A stretch of 64,000 bases of DNA from an uncultured Bacteroidales bacterium (GCA_947167635.1 CAMVIT010000003.1:26299-90298), one strand, 5' to 3'; counted from the first letter of the stretch, positions 8,240 to 18,300 are shown. Numbers and translations are program-made. Notes: a model not told the origin generated them from the sequence alone.

Positions 8240-10858
8240 TTACTCCGACTTCGCCACCTTCACTGTTGCGGTCTTGCCGTCGGTGGACTGTAATCGAAGC
8301 AGGTACATTCCAGCCGGAGCATCTGACAAATCCATGGTCAAATGATTGCCGTCCATTTTCCCCTGCCGTATTTCTTTGCCATACAAATCTGTAACACAAT
8401 ATATTGCATTATTCATATGGCATTCCACATTGAAAACAGAATTCGATGGATTGGGCCATACGCGAATGTCGTTTGACGAAAGATCCACTATGCCCACCGA
8501 TGTGACATTCAGCACTTTCATCACATCCTGTGCCGGATAATACTGGTCGTTGCCGGCCTGCGAGGCTGTTATGATGGCTAAACCGGGTGCGTTGAGTATC
8601 AGGATGCTGCCATACACCGTGGCGATGGTTTCATCATTACAAGTGTAGCTGACGGGCAGCCCCGAGGTGGCGGTCGCGGTAAGCGGCAGGTAGTGATCGT
8701 TCAGGTTGACGTTCAGGTCTTGGTTCCAAATAATAGTTTGGGGTTGCGGGTCTTCCGTCCCGCCGTTTTCAGTAACGGTCAGTATTTTGACCACATTCTG
8801 TGCGGGATGGTAATAGGCGTTGCCGGCCTGTGAGGCTGTGATGACGGCTTGTCCCACTCCCATCAGGGTGAGTGTGTTGCCATTGACGACGGCAATGCTC
8901 TCATCGCTGCAGGTGTAGCTGACAGGCAGCCCCGATGATGCGGTGGCGTTCAACACCAGCGTGCCGCTGTCAATACAGGTGGTCAAGGTTTGGATCCAGG
9001 TGATGCTCTGGTTCAGCACCGGAGCCGACACGTTCACGATCAGGCTCACATCGGTGGCGGGTTGGTAAAGTGTGTTGCCGGCTTGAGAAGCGGTGATGAG
9101 GGCGGCGCCAACTCCCACGAAATAGAGGCTGTCGTTGTGGATGTAGGCGATGCTCGTGTCGCTGCTGCTATAGCTCACGGGCAGTCCCGAGGTGGCCGTG
9201 GCGATCAGTAGAACAGGCGCGTCGCCCAAGGTTGCAGACAGCGTCTGGTTCCAGACAATGGCTTGGCTCATGGTGGTTTGCGTGCATTCGTAGGCCCCGA
9301 TGTCGGCACGGTTGTTGTAAATGCGCGGATTGCCGTCCATGTCCGTGGCGGGTAGAAAAGTTATAAATGCCGTGTTGGGGTCGCCAGCGTCAATCAGCGG
9401 CGAGTTGGGCAGCACCCGCCAGTCGGCGACAATGTTCGACGGGTCCGTGGCAATGGTCGTGGCGCCTACCATAGACGAAGGTGCGACAAACAAGGGTTGC
9501 GTCAGTGAATCCAGCACGATATTGGTGCTGTCTGCGGCGAAATCGCTGGTCGTTGATGCCTGGCTTGCGCAATAGGTGTAGGGTTGCGTGTAGTTCGGGG
9601 ACCATCTTAAATTGTTCACAGCACTGCCACGCTTGTTGTTCCAGGCCACCGTGTTCTTGACTGTCGCCGCCTTGACGGTTCGGATGCCTCCAGTGCCGTT
9701 GGCATAGGTGGTCTGCGCGAGGTTGTTGGCCACCACACAGTTGGTCATATACAACCGTCCCACGGGATCACCAGTGTTACTGGAGGATGTAGAAGTTCCA
9801 TTGGCATACGATGCCACACCGCCGGTTACATCGATGCCCTCGGTGGAGATGGCGCTGTTGTTGGAAATCACGCAGCCCAAAATATGCGTGGTGTGGGTGT
9901 AAGCACTGATGCCTCCGGCAATATAGGGCCAGCTGTTGTCAGCACTGGCTGTGGTAGCTGTGGTATAGACGGTGTTATCAATGATGCGCGAGTTGAGGAT
10001 CCTCCACTCGCATTTTGTCTTGGCATAGTCAAAATCATTGCTCTGCGTGAGGATGCCGCCGGCCTTGGCAGTCAGTCCGGAAGCGACATTCTTCACAATG
10101 TCACAATTGTTTACAATAATATTATTGGTTGTAGAATAAGCATACGTGTTGAACCTCATGCCACCGAACTGGTTACCAGTGTTTTCTGCAATTACACAGT
10201 TATTAAACTCAAATGTGGCTCCGTATGTCTGGTTGCCGTTGTACATCTGCACGCCGCCGTATGTGGTATTTCCAATGATTTTACAATCAGAAACCTGGAA
10301 TGTGGAACTGTAGTATGTGTTGTTAGATGCCAAGGTCAGATACAAGCCGCAGGCATTTCCCGTCATTGTACAGTTGGAAATAGTGTAGGTGTTGTTAGCT
10401 TCGCTGTAAACACCATATTGATTGCCCCCTGTCACATAAAAACCGTCAAAATCGACAGGCCGGCAATTATAGGCGTTGTTGTAGTACATATAGCCGTTGA
10501 TGGAGACGGCATAATTACTATTATGCTGTGCGTTGATAACAGAACAGGAACTGTCGGAAGCGATGCCGTAGGTGAGCGGCTGTCGTTCGTACAAGTGTGA
10601 CTCCGTACCCGCGAAGCCGCCATATACGTGCGTGCTGCTCTTGACGGTGCAGGCCGGATAGGTGCCCACCGCCACGAATACCGAGTCGTTGTTGGGTGAG
10701 GTGATGAGCGCCATCGCCCCGTTGATGGTGGCCTTGGCCGTGGCCCACGAGAGGCCGTTGTTGCTGTCATCGCCGCTGTTGGAAACGAAATAGGTGGTCT
10801 GTGCCGACAGACAGGCACTCCATAATAGAAAAGTCCAAAAAAATAATGTTTTTTTCAT
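8240..10858 (-). CDS. T9SS (type A CTD) secreted beta-helix protein with three Ig-like repeats
   Basis: 872 aa. Signal peptide. N-terminal half is rich in N/T/G beta-helix-like repeats. Three ~90-aa repeats ('ATSGLPVSY..SD.SIA...ITASQAGN..Y.PA'). C-terminus 'VWPNPSNSVFNVE...GMYLLRLQSTDGKTATVKVAKSE' is a Por secretion tail. Confidence 0.85.
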   Translation of the reverse strand: MKKTLFFWTFLLWSACLSAQTTYFVSNSGDDSNNGLSWATAKATINGAMALITSPNNDSVFVAVGTYPACTVKSSTHVYGGFAGTESHLYERQPLTYGIASDSSCSVINAQHNSNYAVSINGYMYYNNAYNCRPVDFDGFYVTGGNQYGVYSEANNTYTISNCTMTGNACGLYLTLASNNTYYSSTFQVSDCKIIGNTTYGGVQMYNGNQTYGATFEFNNCVIAENTGNQFGGMRFNTYAYSTTNNIIVNNCDIVKNVASGLTAKAGGILTQSNDFDYAKTKCEWRILNSRIIDNTVYTTATTASADNSWPYIAGGISAYTHTTHILGCVISNNSAISTEGIDVTGGVASYANGTSTSSSNTGDPVGRLYMTNCVVANNLAQTTYANGTGGIRTVKAATVKNTVAWNNKRGSAVNNLRWSPNYTQPYTYCASQASTTSDFAADSTNIVLDSLTQPLFVAPSSMVGATTIATDPSNIVADWRVLPNSPLIDAGDPNTAFITFLPATDMDGNPRIYNNRADIGAYECTQTTMSQAIVWNQTLSATLGDAPVLLIATATSGLPVSYSSSDTSIAYIHNDSLYFVGVGAALITASQAGNTLYQPATDVSLIVNVSAPVLNQSITWIQTLTTCIDSGTLVLNATASSGLPVSYTCSDESIAVVNGNTLTLMGVGQAVITASQAGNAYYHPAQNVVKILTVTENGGTEDPQPQTIIWNQDLNVNLNDHYLPLTATATSGLPVSYTCNDETIATVYGSILILNAPGLAIITASQAGNDQYYPAQDVMKVLNVTSVGIVDLSSNDIRVWPNPSNSVFNVECHMNNAIYCVTDLYGKEIRQGKMDGNHLTMDLSDAPAGMYLLRLQSTDGKTATVKVAKSE
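8493..9265 (-). repeat. intragenic repeat, 3 x ~90-aa Ig-like modules in the 872-aa T9SS protein
   Basis: Protein repeats 'W.Q.L.....ATATSGLPVSY..SD.SIA.......L...G.G.A.ITASQAGN..Y.PA..V...L.V'. The DNA motif GGCAG(C/T)CCCGA recurs at ~8651, ~8925 and ~9181. Confidence 0.8.
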
Positions 10859-10904
10859 AGGTGATTTTTTTTTTCAATTCCACAGATGTGAATATAAAGG
10901 AATG

Positions 10905-10912
10905 CAAAAATA
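10905..10912 (-). promoter_or_regulatory. -7 box TATTTTTG upstream of the 872-aa T9SS gene
   Basis: Minus-strand CTATTTTTGCATTCC, 47 nt upstream of the ATG at 10858. Confidence 0.55.
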
Positions 10913-10924
10913 GAAAAAATATTG

Positions 10925-10932
10925 TACCTTTG
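10925..10932 (+). promoter_or_regulatory. -7 box TACCTTTG upstream of miaB
   Basis: Only 5 nt separate the box from ATG 10938, implying a leaderless or near-leaderless mRNA if this box is used. Confidence 0.5.
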
Positions 10933-10937
10933 CATTT

Positions 10938-12251
10938 ATGAAAAAGTTATACATAGAAACGTATGGTTGTCAGATGAATTTTGCTGATAGCGAAGTAGTT
11001 GCAGCTATTCTCAAAGATATGTTCGTGATAACCAAAGAGGTTGAAGAGGCTGATTTGGTCCTCCTTAACACCTGTTCCATCCGCGAGAAAGCGGAGCAGC
11101 GCATCCACAAGCGCCTTCAGGAATTGGAATCCCTTAAGCGTCGCCGCCACGGCTTGCAGGTGGGACTTTTGGGCTGCATGGCCGAGCGCATGAAGGAGGA
11201 GCTCCTGCAAACCGAGCCTGTTCTCGACTTCATCGCCGGTCCGGATGCCTATCGTTCACTGCCGCAGCTTATTGCCGACTCGCGAAACCAAGGGACACGG
11301 TTCAACGTGATGCTCTCCGAGGAGGAAACCTACGAGGACATCATTCCCGTGCGGTACGACGTGAACGGTGTTTCCGCGTATGTCTCCATCATGCGCGGTT
11401 GCAACAACTTCTGTTCCTACTGCGTGGTGCCTTACACCCGTGGGCGCGAACGCAGCCGCAGTCCCAAAACCATCCTCGGCGAGGTGGAGCAGCTTCTCCG
11501 CGATGGCTTCAAGGAGGTCACCCTCCTGGGACAAAATGTCAACTCTTACCGTTGGGAAGACGATAGGGTGGGGGAGATGACCTTTGCCAAGCTCATGGCC
11601 GCCGTGGCCGACTTGTCGCCCGACCTGCGCGTGCGTTTTGCCACCTCCCATCCCAAGGACATTTCCGATGAGCTTATAGAGACCATCGCCCGTTACGACA
11701 ACATCTGCAAGTACATCCACCTGCCTGTCCAATCCGGCAGTGATGCCGTGCTCAAGCGCATGAACCGCAGTTATAGCCGCGACTACTACATGGGCCGCGT
11801 GCGTAAAATCAAGGAGCTGATGCCCGATTGCGCCATCTCCACCGACATCATCGCCGGTTTTTGCGGCGAAACATTGGAAGACCATCAGCAAACGTTGGAG
11901 GTGATGCGCGAGGTGGGTTATGAATATGCTTACATGTTCAAGTACTCCGAACGCGGAGGCACCCTCTCTGCCAAGCGCTATGCCGACGATGTGCCCGATG
12001 AGGAAAAGACCCGCCGCTTGGAGGAGATCATCGCCCTGCAGGGAGAGCTGTCGCTCGTGAGCAACCAACGCGACCTTGGCAAGACCTTCCGCGTGCTGGT
12101 GGAAGGCGCTTCCAAGCGTTCTTCCGACTACTTGTACGGCCGCAACAGCCAGAACAAAGTCGTCATTTTCCCGAAAGCCGATCACAAGCCTGGCGATTAT
12201 ATCGATGTCACCGTGAACGACTGCACCGGTGCCACACTGTTTGGTGAATAA
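10938..12251 (+). CDS. miaB: tRNA-2-methylthio-N6-dimethylallyladenosine synthase
   Basis: 437 aa. 'MKKLYIETYGCQMNFADSE', radical-SAM 'CNNFCSYCVVP', and a C-terminal TRAM-like end. Confidence 0.95.
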   Translation: MKKLYIETYGCQMNFADSEVVAAILKDMFVITKEVEEADLVLLNTCSIREKAEQRIHKRLQELESLKRRRHGLQVGLLGCMAERMKEELLQTEPVLDFIAGPDAYRSLPQLIADSRNQGTRFNVMLSEEETYEDIIPVRYDVNGVSAYVSIMRGCNNFCSYCVVPYTRGRERSRSPKTILGEVEQLLRDGFKEVTLLGQNVNSYRWEDDRVGEMTFAKLMAAVADLSPDLRVRFATSHPKDISDELIETIARYDNICKYIHLPVQSGSDAVLKRMNRSYSRDYYMGRVRKIKELMPDCAISTDIIAGFCGETLEDHQQTLEVMREVGYEYAYMFKYSERGGTLSAKRYADDVPDEEKTRRLEEIIALQGELSLVSNQRDLGKTFRVLVEGASKRSSDYLYGRNSQNKVVIFPKADHKPGDYIDVTVNDCTGATLFGE

Positions 12252-12361
12252 CGGTTTCAGATGATTACTTTTTATAAACATGTAACAAGTTGTTTCACAG
12301 TCTTTTCTCTTAAACTACGGCATAATCATTCTGATAATTTAGCAACATAATAATTAATCTC

Positions 12362-14830
12362 GTGCTTTATCCCGATAATTTTGAAGATAAAATAGGATTC
12401 ACCACTATTCGCCAATTGCTGTTGAGCCATTGTCTCAGTCCGTTAGGGCGGAGATTTGTGGATAACATCCGTTTCCGAACAGACATTGACGGGTTGCGGC
12501 CGGAGTTGGAGAGTGTGGAGGAGATGCGGCAGCTGCTGCTCTTCGATGACCCGTTTCCGGCACAGGAGTACCATGACCTGCGTGCCGAGCTGAAACGTCT
12601 GCACACCGACGGCACCTATATTGAGTTGGAGGAGCTGGCGTGTCTGCGCGGCTTCGTTGCCACCATGACCGCCATCTATGTCTATCTCAAGGTGCGCCGC
12701 GAAGAGAAGCGTTACCCGTATTTGTGGTCGCTGTGCGAGGAGATGCCCCTGCAGCGCGAGCTCACCGCGGCCATCAACCGTGTGCTTGACGACAAGGGGA
12801 ATCTGCGTGACAATGCTTCCGACGAGCTTGCCCGCATCAAAAGCGAGATAAACCGCATCTCCAATGCTGCCGACCGGCAAATCCGCAAGATCCTCACCGC
12901 CGCCAAGCAAGACGGTCTCGTGAAGGAGGATGCCGAGATGACAGTCCGCAACGGCCGTCTCTGCATACCCGTTGCCGCGCAGTTCAAGCGGCGTCTCAAA
13001 GGGTTCGTCCACGACGAGTCGGCCACCGGCCAAACGGTCTTTATTGAGCCCACAGAAGTTTTTGATGCCAACAACGAGCTCCGCGACCTCCAAAATGCCG
13101 AGCAGCGCGAAGTGGTTCGCATCCTCACCGAGCTTTCCAATCAGATACGGCCTGCCATCCCGGAACTGCTGGAGGCTCAGCAGCTAATGGGCCGGTATGA
13201 CTTCTTGCGTGCCAAAGCTCTGTTGGCCATCGACATTGACGGTTCGCTGCCGCATATCCACGACAAACCAATGATCAACTGGCGGCAGGCCCTCCATCCG
13301 CTGCTGCATCTCTCCTTGAAGCGTACCTCCCGCAAGGTGGTGCCTCTTGATGTAGCCCTCTCCCAAGAACAGCGCATTCTCATTATTTCCGGACCCAATG
13401 CCGGCGGCAAGTCTGTCTGCCTGAAATGCGTCGGACTACAGCAATACATGATGCAATGCGGCCTGCTCGTCTCCATGCAGAGCACCTCCGACATGGGCAT
13501 GTTCCACAGCCTCTTCATCGACATCGGCGACGAGCAGTCCATCGAAAACGACCTCAGCACCTACAGTTCCCATCTGTCGAATCTGAAAGCCATGGACGAC
13601 AACCTTGATTCAAATTCACTTTTTTTAATAGACGAGTTCGGGTCGGGTACGGAGCCCACGTTGGGTGGTGCATTGGCCGAGGCGATTCTTGAGAGTTTCT
13701 ATGCCAAAAACGCCTTTGGCATTATCACCACGCATTATGGCAACCTCAAGATGTTTCCCGACAGCCACTCCGAGGCTGAGAACGGTGCGATGCTCTATGA
13801 TACTCAAGCACTAAAGCCTCTTTACACGCTGAAAATCGGCAAGCCGGGCAGCTCTTTCACATACGAGATTGCCCGCCATATCGGCTTGGACAACCGCATC
13901 ATCGACAATGCCATCGCCAAGTCGGGCACCGCGCAAATCGACTATGAGCGCAAGTTGGAGGAGATCGAAATCATGCGCTTGAAGACTGAAAAAATGTTAA
14001 AACAGGTCCATGCCGCCGATGACCAGCTGGCCGAGATGATAGATGGCTATGCCGAGAAGTTCTCCGAGCTTGACAAACAGCGCAAGGAAATTCTCCAGAA
14101 GGCCAAAAACCAGGCCAACACGATTGTGGAGAGCGCCAATAAAGTGATAGAGAAGACTATCCGCGAAATCAAGGAGGCCAAGGCTGATGCCGAGCGGACC
14201 AAGAAGGCGCGCGAGAACGTGGGCAAGCTCAAGCAGGAGTTGCAGGAGGAGATCACCTCCATTGAGCAGGAGGAGACGCTCAAGCCCATTGTGCCGGTGA
14301 AGCTGTCCAAGCCGCGTCCCAAGAAGGAGGAACAGCCTGTGGAGGACACCACCATTCGCGTGGGCGATTCGGTTTTCATGGCCGACATGCAAGTCACGGG
14401 CGAGGTCACGGCCATCAATGGCAACGACGCGACCATCGCGTTCAACTCCATCTCTTTTCGCACGGATATTCGCAAATTAGCGAAAATCAGCAAGAAAGAG
14501 GTTCGGGAGGTGCGCCGCGGAAGTGTGGTCCGTTTCGACCAAGGCTCGCTCGCCGACGCGATGAACAAGCGGTTGGCGGCATTTGAGTCCACCCTCGACG
14601 TGCGCGGCATGCGCGTGGACGAGCTGTTGCCGATCCTTTCCGACTATCTTGACGAGGCGACACTGCTGAGCATCCGCTATGTGCGCATCCTCCATGGCAA
14701 GGGCAACGGCATCTTGCGCCAGGTGGTGCGCCAGCAGCTCACCCGCCGCAGCGATGTGGAATCTTTTGAAGATGAGATCCTCGAAATGGGCGGCAGCGGC
14801 ATCACCGTGGTGAAAATGGCAAACGGTTAA
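12362..14830 (+). CDS. mutS2: endonuclease MutS2 (MutS domain V plus C-terminal Smr)
   Basis: 822 aa with a GTG start. 'YPDNFEDKIGF', Walker A 'GPNAGGKS', 'DEFGSGTEP', coiled-coil linker, and a C-terminal Smr 'LDVRGMRVDE...ILHGKGNGILR'. Confidence 0.93.
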   Translation: MLYPDNFEDKIGFTTIRQLLLSHCLSPLGRRFVDNIRFRTDIDGLRPELESVEEMRQLLLFDDPFPAQEYHDLRAELKRLHTDGTYIELEELACLRGFVATMTAIYVYLKVRREEKRYPYLWSLCEEMPLQRELTAAINRVLDDKGNLRDNASDELARIKSEINRISNAADRQIRKILTAAKQDGLVKEDAEMTVRNGRLCIPVAAQFKRRLKGFVHDESATGQTVFIEPTEVFDANNELRDLQNAEQREVVRILTELSNQIRPAIPELLEAQQLMGRYDFLRAKALLAIDIDGSLPHIHDKPMINWRQALHPLLHLSLKRTSRKVVPLDVALSQEQRILIISGPNAGGKSVCLKCVGLQQYMMQCGLLVSMQSTSDMGMFHSLFIDIGDEQSIENDLSTYSSHLSNLKAMDDNLDSNSLFLIDEFGSGTEPTLGGALAEAILESFYAKNAFGIITTHYGNLKMFPDSHSEAENGAMLYDTQALKPLYTLKIGKPGSSFTYEIARHIGLDNRIIDNAIAKSGTAQIDYERKLEEIEIMRLKTEKMLKQVHAADDQLAEMIDGYAEKFSELDKQRKEILQKAKNQANTIVESANKVIEKTIREIKEAKADAERTKKARENVGKLKQELQEEITSIEQEETLKPIVPVKLSKPRPKKEEQPVEDTTIRVGDSVFMADMQVTGEVTAINGNDATIAFNSISFRTDIRKLAKISKKEVREVRRGSVVRFDQGSLADAMNKRLAAFESTLDVRGMRVDELLPILSDYLDEATLLSIRYVRILHGKGNGILRQVVRQQLTRRSDVESFEDEILEMGGSGITVVKMANG

Positions 14831-14832
14831 GG

Positions 14833-15522
14833 CTAATGTGTCGCCGTCGCCAGTGTCACCACGCTGACGCGCACGCCCTCTATTTCGAGAAGCTGACGGA
14901 CAGCAGCCTCCGTGGTGGCACCGGTGGTCAGCACATCGTCGCAGACCAGCAGGTGCTGCCCTTTGACTTTTTCGCCGTTTTGCACCACAAAGACCTCTTT
15001 CACGTTTTCCCAGCGATTAAAACGGCTTTTATGTGTTTGTGTCTCCGTGAAATGTGTGCGCACCAGCACATCCGTGCGATAGGGGATTCCCATCCCCCGG
15101 CTCAGCCCCTTCGCAATCCACTCGCTCTGGTTGTAGCCGCGTTTCCGTTCCTTGCGCGGATGCAGTGGAATCGGAATGATGGTGCTGATCTCTTGAAAGC
15201 GCGGCTCAAAAACCAACTGTCGCCCGTAATAAGTTCCGAGAAAATCGCCCAGTTCTTTCTGTCCGTTATACTTGAGATTGTGCAGGATGTGCTGGGTTGA
15301 GGTTCCCTTCTTGTAGTAGAGCAGTGCCGCCACCTCCTCCACCTTCACACGTCCCGCAAAGACCAACTTGAGCGGGTTGTCGTGTTCCTTGTGGAAATTG
15401 GTCTCCGGAAGGTGCAGTTGACAGTGAAGGCACAGACACTCCTCATGATGCTGCAACGCGTCGCCGCAGCCCGCACATAGCCGTGGATAAAACAAGGATA
15501 AAATATTATTTAGTATTTTCAT
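14833..15522 (-). CDS. ComF-family phosphoribosyltransferase-like protein
   Basis: 229 aa. N-terminal double zinc ribbon 'CAGCG...CLHC'. PRTase motif 'LLVCDDVLTTGATTEA'. Confidence 0.85.
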   Translation of the reverse strand: MKILNNILSLFYPRLCAGCGDALQHHEECLCLHCQLHLPETNFHKEHDNPLKLVFAGRVKVEEVAALLYYKKGTSTQHILHNLKYNGQKELGDFLGTYYGRQLVFEPRFQEISTIIPIPLHPRKERKRGYNQSEWIAKGLSRGMGIPYRTDVLVRTHFTETQTHKSRFNRWENVKEVFVVQNGEKVKGQHLLVCDDVLTTGATTEAAVRQLLEIEGVRVSVVTLATATH

Positions 15523-15579
15523 AACATAATTTTTACAATATCACAACGGTGATAACCGGGGAAATATTGTGAGGAGAAT

Positions 15580-15621
15580 GGATGTTGGTGGTTGGATGTT
15601 GGTGGCGAGTACATCCAATGG
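15580..15621. repeat. 12-bp motif GGATGTTGGTGG repeated at 14-bp period, plus complementary ACATCCAATGG
   Basis: 15580-15591 and 15594-15605 are identical. 15611-15621 is complementary to (T/A)TGGATGT, giving an 8-bp stem. Located between the methyltransferase stop and the comF-like start. Confidence 0.8.
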
Positions 15622-15626
15622 CTGTT

Positions 15627-16361
15627 CTATCCTTTAATCCACAGATAGGGTTCCATCAACCGCAAGTACGCCTCTGTGTAGCGGTTGTCGGCGGTGCGGA
15701 TGGTCAGGTGCTCTTCCACGCAGTTGGAACCCGTGCGGGCGTAGGTGAGCACCATGCGGTGTGCGGGCTTGCGTTCGGTGGGTTGCACGGTCACGCGATG
15801 CACACAGATAAGCGATTGGCGAGCCAATGCGTCGAACACCTCTCCCTCTCGCACAGGCAGAACAAGGGAGAAAAGGCCCTCTTTGGCAAGGATTTTTAAC
15901 ACACTCTCCAGCAATTCCCCGAATGAAAGGTTCCCATCGCCATGGCGGCTTTGAAGGCGTGAAGGATGGTCGGGCTTGAGATCGCCGTGAAAAAAAGGGG
16001 GGTTGGAAAAGATGAAGTCGAAGGGTTCGCCTTGCCAATGCTGTGCAAACTCCTGCACGGTTGACTGTTCAAAGTGCAGGTTTTCAGTTGGCAGCAGCGG
16101 GTAGGATTGGGCATTTCGGCGTGCTTCCGCGATGGAGGCGGCATCCGGGTCGATGCCGAAAACGACAGGGTTAACAGATTTTAACACCGCCTGCTGTGCG
16201 GCACAGAAGGCCACCACCCCGCAACCGCAACCCACATCCAGGATACGATGCGCACCGCCGGTGTCGCACAAGGAGACCAGAAGCATCGCGTCAGTGCCCA
16301 CCTTCATCGTGCTGCGATCGTGGTGGAGCGAAAAACGTTTGAAGTGGAAATCCATCAGCAA
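15627..16361 (-). CDS. tRNA (adenine37-N6)-methyltransferase-like SAM methyltransferase (YfiC/TrmN6 type)
   Basis: 244 aa. 'ILDVGCGCG' (SAM motif I) and 'FSNPPFF' (N6-adenine MTase motif IV). Overlaps the manA stop by 7 nt. Confidence 0.8.
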   Translation of the reverse strand: MLMDFHFKRFSLHHDRSTMKVGTDAMLLVSLCDTGGAHRILDVGCGCGVVAFCAAQQAVLKSVNPVVFGIDPDAASIAEARRNAQSYPLLPTENLHFEQSTVQEFAQHWQGEPFDFIFSNPPFFHGDLKPDHPSRLQSRHGDGNLSFGELLESVLKILAKEGLFSLVLPVREGEVFDALARQSLICVHRVTVQPTERKPAHRMVLTYARTGSNCVEEHLTIRTADNRYTEAYLRLMEPYLWIKG

Positions 16362-17341
16362 TAGACCTCCAACAGTTTGGCACGACCGTCGGGGATCAGC
16401 TGCACCTCCTCGATTTCGGCGGGCACGAGGGTCACGGCACCCGTCTCCAACACGAGGTGGCCGTCACCGTAAAAGAGGTGCACGCGCCCCTCAAGGCACA
16501 TATAGACCACAAAAGAGTCGATTTCCACAAACGTCTTCTTGAGCGGTTTCTCGAACTCGAGCAGGTTGGTGTTGAAATAGGGGGAGCGCACAAGCTTGAC
16601 GGTCTGGTCCAGCTTCGGGGTGTAGTCAACCTTGAAGCCGCCTTGGCTGTTCTCCTCGAAATGGATGGCTTCGAGGGCCTCGGCAGTGTGCAGCTCGCGA
16701 CTGTTGCCCTCGTCATCAACTCGATTCCAGTCGAAGATGCGGAAGGTCACGTCGGAGGGTTGCTGGATTTCGGCGAGGAGCACGCCCTTGCCGATAGCAT
16801 GCACCGTGCCGGCGGGGATCATGAAGGTGTCGCCCGCCGCAACAGGATAGAATTGCAGCAGCTCGTGAAGCACACCCGTGGCCACCGCTTCCACATACTG
16901 CGCTTTTGTGACTTTCTGCTTGAAACCCACATACAGTCCCGCACCCGGTTCTGCCGCGATGACATGCCACATCTCTGTTTTGCCGTTCTGTCCATATTTT
17001 TTTTGCGCCAACTCGTCATCGGGATGCACCTGCACGGAGAGATTGTCTTGCGCATCTATATACTTGATTAACAATGGGAAACCGAGCCCATACTTCTCGT
17101 AATTTTTCTCTCCCACCAAATCGGTGAGATAGACCTCGAGAAGTTCATTGATATTGTTCTCCGCCAAAAAACCATTGGCCACCACGGATTCGTCGTCGAT
17201 GATGCCGGAGATTTCCCAGCTCTCGCCGCAACGTGCCATGCCGCCGGTTTCGTGTTTGAGAATTTTCTGGATTCTGCCGCCACCCCAGATTTTTTCCTTC
17301 AAGATGGGCTTAAAGGTGAAAGGATATAAGAATTTGCTCAT
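16355..17341 (-). CDS. manA: type I phosphomannose isomerase (mannose-6-phosphate isomerase)
   Basis: 328 aa. 'KEKIWGG', 'GESWEISG', 'LSVQVHPDD', 'KTEMWHV', 'GTVHAIG' are the cupin-type PMI motifs. Confidence 0.85.
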   Translation of the reverse strand: MSKFLYPFTFKPILKEKIWGGGRIQKILKHETGGMARCGESWEISGIIDDESVVANGFLAENNINELLEVYLTDLVGEKNYEKYGLGFPLLIKYIDAQDNLSVQVHPDDELAQKKYGQNGKTEMWHVIAAEPGAGLYVGFKQKVTKAQYVEAVATGVLHELLQFYPVAAGDTFMIPAGTVHAIGKGVLLAEIQQPSDVTFRIFDWNRVDDEGNSRELHTAEALEAIHFEENSQGGFKVDYTPKLDQTVKLVRSPYFNTNLLEFEKPLKKTFVEIDSFVVYMCLEGRVHLFYGDGHLVLETGAVTLVPAEIEEVQLIPDGRAKLLEVYC

Positions 17342-17343
17342 TA

Positions 17344-18300
17344 TCAGTTATTTGGATTGTAAATTTGTCGGGGTTTATATTCATAGTCGGGTTTAACCTT
17401 GTCGGGGTTGCTGCCGATCACGCTTTTCATGAAGAGCCAACGCCCGTCCTCCTCGATGAATCCCTGACTCAGGCTGGATTCGGGCACCATATAGGCGGGA
17501 ATGGAGGGCACGTTCTCGTCCAGCGGGATAAGCTGGTCGAAAATGATCATCGGGCTGGTCACGCGACGGTAATCCACCTGGCGCGTTTTGGGGTTGTATT
17601 TGCCCGTGCTGACAAGATACTCTTGTGTCTCGTAGTTGAGATGCAGCGAAGCATTTTTGGAATACTCGAAAATGACACGACTGACTTTTCCGGGGTAGTT
17701 CTTGAAAATGCGCGCCCCGAAGACAGGCACCGTTTCTTTGTTAAAATGCAGTATCTCAATGATTTTCTGGTTTGTAAACAAATTGTTCCCGTTCAGTCCT
17801 AACAACGTATAGTAGGTGATGTTTTTTTCCTTCACCGGAATCATCTTGTAATAGACGGCGCCATACCAGCGGTTGTGGTTGCCCACTTGTGTGTTGGGGT
17901 AGTCTATCGTGCCGCGCTTGTCATACAGAGGGAAAAGCACATGTTTTTTTCGGGATTCATTGTAAACCTGCACAAAACCGAAATTCTCCACCGTATAATC
18001 TTTTCTCACCACATGCCAGGTGAAAATCTTGAACACCTTGTCGGGGGAGGCCAGCACGGCGAAGTTGCGCACAGAGTCCCATGGATATTCAAAGGAGTGG
18101 GGTTTTTGCAAGACCGTCTCCAACAAGGTCATGAACTCCTCGTTCATCTCCAAACGGACGGTCTCGTCAGGCTCGTTCATCACAATGTCGCGCAATGCAA
18201 TCAGGGAGTCCTCCCAGAAACGGAATTCCGACTGGTTTTTCTGGGCGAACGCCGCCGTGCAGAGCAGCATCAGCATAATATGACAAAGGAGCTTCTTCAT
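17344..18300 (-). CDS. secreted protein, unknown function
   Basis: 318 aa. Signal peptide MKKLLCHIMLMLLCTAAFAQ. Stop codon is 2 nt from the manA start (same operon). No motif recognised. Confidence 0.7.
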   Translation of the reverse strand: MKKLLCHIMLMLLCTAAFAQKNQSEFRFWEDSLIALRDIVMNEPDETVRLEMNEEFMTLLETVLQKPHSFEYPWDSVRNFAVLASPDKVFKIFTWHVVRKDYTVENFGFVQVYNESRKKHVLFPLYDKRGTIDYPNTQVGNHNRWYGAVYYKMIPVKEKNITYYTLLGLNGNNLFTNQKIIEILHFNKETVPVFGARIFKNYPGKVSRVIFEYSKNASLHLNYETQEYLVSTGKYNPKTRQVDYRRVTSPMIIFDQLIPLDENVPSIPAYMVPESSLSQGFIEEDGRWLFMKSVIGSNPDKVKPDYEYKPRQIYNPNN

